Origin: Eledone cirrhosa
Taxonomy: Eukaryota
Direction: 5' to 3'
Length of the DNA: 64,000 nucleotides
Assembly (NCBI GenBank): GCA_964016885.1
Contig: OZ024747.1
Coordinates: forward strand, 46,376,001-46,440,000
Shown one piece after another: positions 62,074 through 64,000 of the stretch. Position numbers and translations under genes: made by a program. Every line of letters begins with the position of its first letter. Position 1 is the stretch's first letter. The notes below the pieces were generated by a model. The model searched no databases. It was given only the letters and a program-made list of their open reading frames with translations, and was not told where the DNA came from.

Positions 62074-62586
62074 TGTGTATAAACACGACACATATTCTTC
62101 AGTTTACTGAATACCACTGTGTTAGAAAGTATGCTAACTTATAAGAAGGATTTCGGAATATATATAAATATATATTTCTTATTTTACCTCTTTCATATAA
62201 TCGTTCTGCATCCCCCTGCATAGAACCACCTAGGTACTATGACATAACTTATGTATTTGCTAGCATTAGTGTACATCTGTCCGCATATGTTGGTAAATAT
62301 ACTAATTCTCTCTCTCTCTCTATATATATATAAAGGAAAAAATAAGTGTTTCACCATATACATATTTACTACATATTACATATGTTTCACTGTCGATCAG
62401 CTCGAGGAACGATCTATTAATGATCAAACCTGGCTCTGGAATCGGTAGCTCCTCAGATATATTTTAATATGTAGGCTCGCTTCTGAGACTGTCTGAATAT
62501 ATTCCGAAATCCTTCTTATAAGTTAGCACACTTTCTAACACAGTGGTATTCAGTAAACTGAAGAATATGTGTCGTGTTTATACACA
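62074..62586 (-). mobile_element. ~510-bp fold-back element (~90-bp terminal IRs) carrying a family-D HHR
   Basis: 62074-62163 is inverted at 62497-62586; extra partial copy at 61969-62009. Confidence 0.8.
62371..62463 (-). ncRNA. Type I hammerhead ribozyme, family D (long stem II)
   Basis: TATAT-CTGAGGA-GCTACCGAT...ATCGACAGT-GAAA-CATATG-TA/ATATG. Confidence 0.72.
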
Positions 62587-62602
62587 ATACACACACACAT
62601 GC

Positions 62603-62678
<76 letters not shown>

Positions 62679-62825
62679 TTTTTTCCGTTGTGTTGTAATA
62701 TAAATATTACACACAGTAGATTATCAGCTCACGTAGAGTTTGCTCGACGGTTCCAGTTGTAGTTCCAAAAGTAATCCGGAGAAAAATAGAAAGATTTGAA
62801 TGGATACAGTTTAGTTGAAAGGAAT

Positions 62826-62942
62826 TTATTGACACGTGTTTCTATAACAGTTACATAACCTAAAACAGCTATCTACAAACTTTTAGTTATGCAGACATTC
62901 AATATTTCAATGTTATTGTTTACTGTCATTTCATCAGAATAA
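62826..62942 (-). ncRNA. Type I hammerhead ribozyme, family F (branched ~88-nt stem II)
   Basis: TTATT-CTGATGA-A ATGACAGT...ACTGTTAT A-GAAA-CACGTG-TC/AATAA. Confidence 0.65.
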
Positions 62943-63534
62943 TATTACTGAGGACCTATTTAGTTTTTATAGAGAATATTAGGAGGAAGGGGTGAAGTTG
63001 TTAGAAGAATAGTTGAAGGAGTGGTTTTTCGATAGCAGTGAGAATTCTTGGTGGCAGTGATTAATTAGATTCCCATCTGTTGTTTTGACATTTTTTATAG
63101 AATATATTATTGGTTATTTTTCTAAATCTATAGAAGGATTAGAGATAGTAAAGATATGCGTGGTTGGTTTTGTGTTTGCACTTAACATTCAGACTTAAAT
63201 TTTTCTTTCAAGTGTACGTATTCTTTCACCCACGCATTCACACACAAATATATTTGCACACCTCTACAAAATACATATACTCACAATTCACATATTCATA
63301 CTTACATATATATACACATGCATACACATATATATACACACATGTATTCATGTACATACATACGCGCTCATGTGTATACATTTTCATACTCAACTTATCT
63401 TTATATATACACACGTATAGACACACACATATATACATACATACTCTAGTCCATGTGTACACACATACACATACATACACATCCATATACACATACATAC
63501 ATACACATATATATATATACATATATACACATAC

Positions 63535-63565
<31 letters not shown>

Positions 63566-63588
63566 CACATACATATATACACACATAT

Positions 63589-63621
<33 letters not shown>

Positions 63622-64000
63622 AGCACTTTAATACATGAATACACTTACATCTAACTATACACATCAAACATATATATATATTTACTTATTTATATACATT
63701 TTCACATATATATACATACTTATGGACGTTTTTAGACACATTCATTATCGCATATTTGTACCTATTCTCATCAGCATATCTTTTCATTATTAGTATGGTA
63801 ATTTAAGGTTATTAATATATGTTGAGAAGAGATTGTTTTTATATTTTTCTAACTAGATTAAGGTTTATATAGTTGGGGGATGTCCCTCTTTTATGTAATA
63901 TTCTGCTTGTAGTGGGAAAAAAGGGTTTTAGTTCTGTGACGGCAGAATAATGTTCGTTCAATTCTGTTATTCAGCAGTTTCTTCTTGTGTGTGATTATGT

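Noticed and set aside
63721-63778. TATG-CTGATGA...TAAAAACGTC-CATA on the minus strand
   Set aside because: G12 is missing and stem II is weak, so it is not counted as a hammerhead.

Overview
AT-rich, repeat-saturated animal genomic DNA with no convincing host protein-coding gene. The tRNA-derived SINEs and extreme (TA)n/(TATG)n content suggest a cephalopod, probably Octopus (inference). Most ORFs in the supplied track are microsatellite translations. The real coding remnants all belong to decayed retrotransposons: R4/Dong-type RT plus restriction-like endonuclease, RTE/Expander, CRE, L1/Tx1, and several Penelope-like (PLE) GIY-YIG endonucleases. There are also SINEs, nested pogo/Tigger-type MITEs, a TTAA MITE and a 200-N gap inside a ~5 kb (TA)n array. 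The main unexplained signal is about 16 type-I hammerhead ribozyme (HHR) motifs in about 9 sequence families, found by eye. About 9 retain an intact CUGANGA/GAAA/NUH core. They sit in short non-coding units inserted in TA microsatellites, with tandem and fold-back architecture typical of PLE pseudo-LTRs and non-LTR retrozymes. Several have atypical features: a U.U pair at 10.1-11.1, very long or branched stem II, and a U3-A8 core covariant. All structures were derived manually, and activity is untested.
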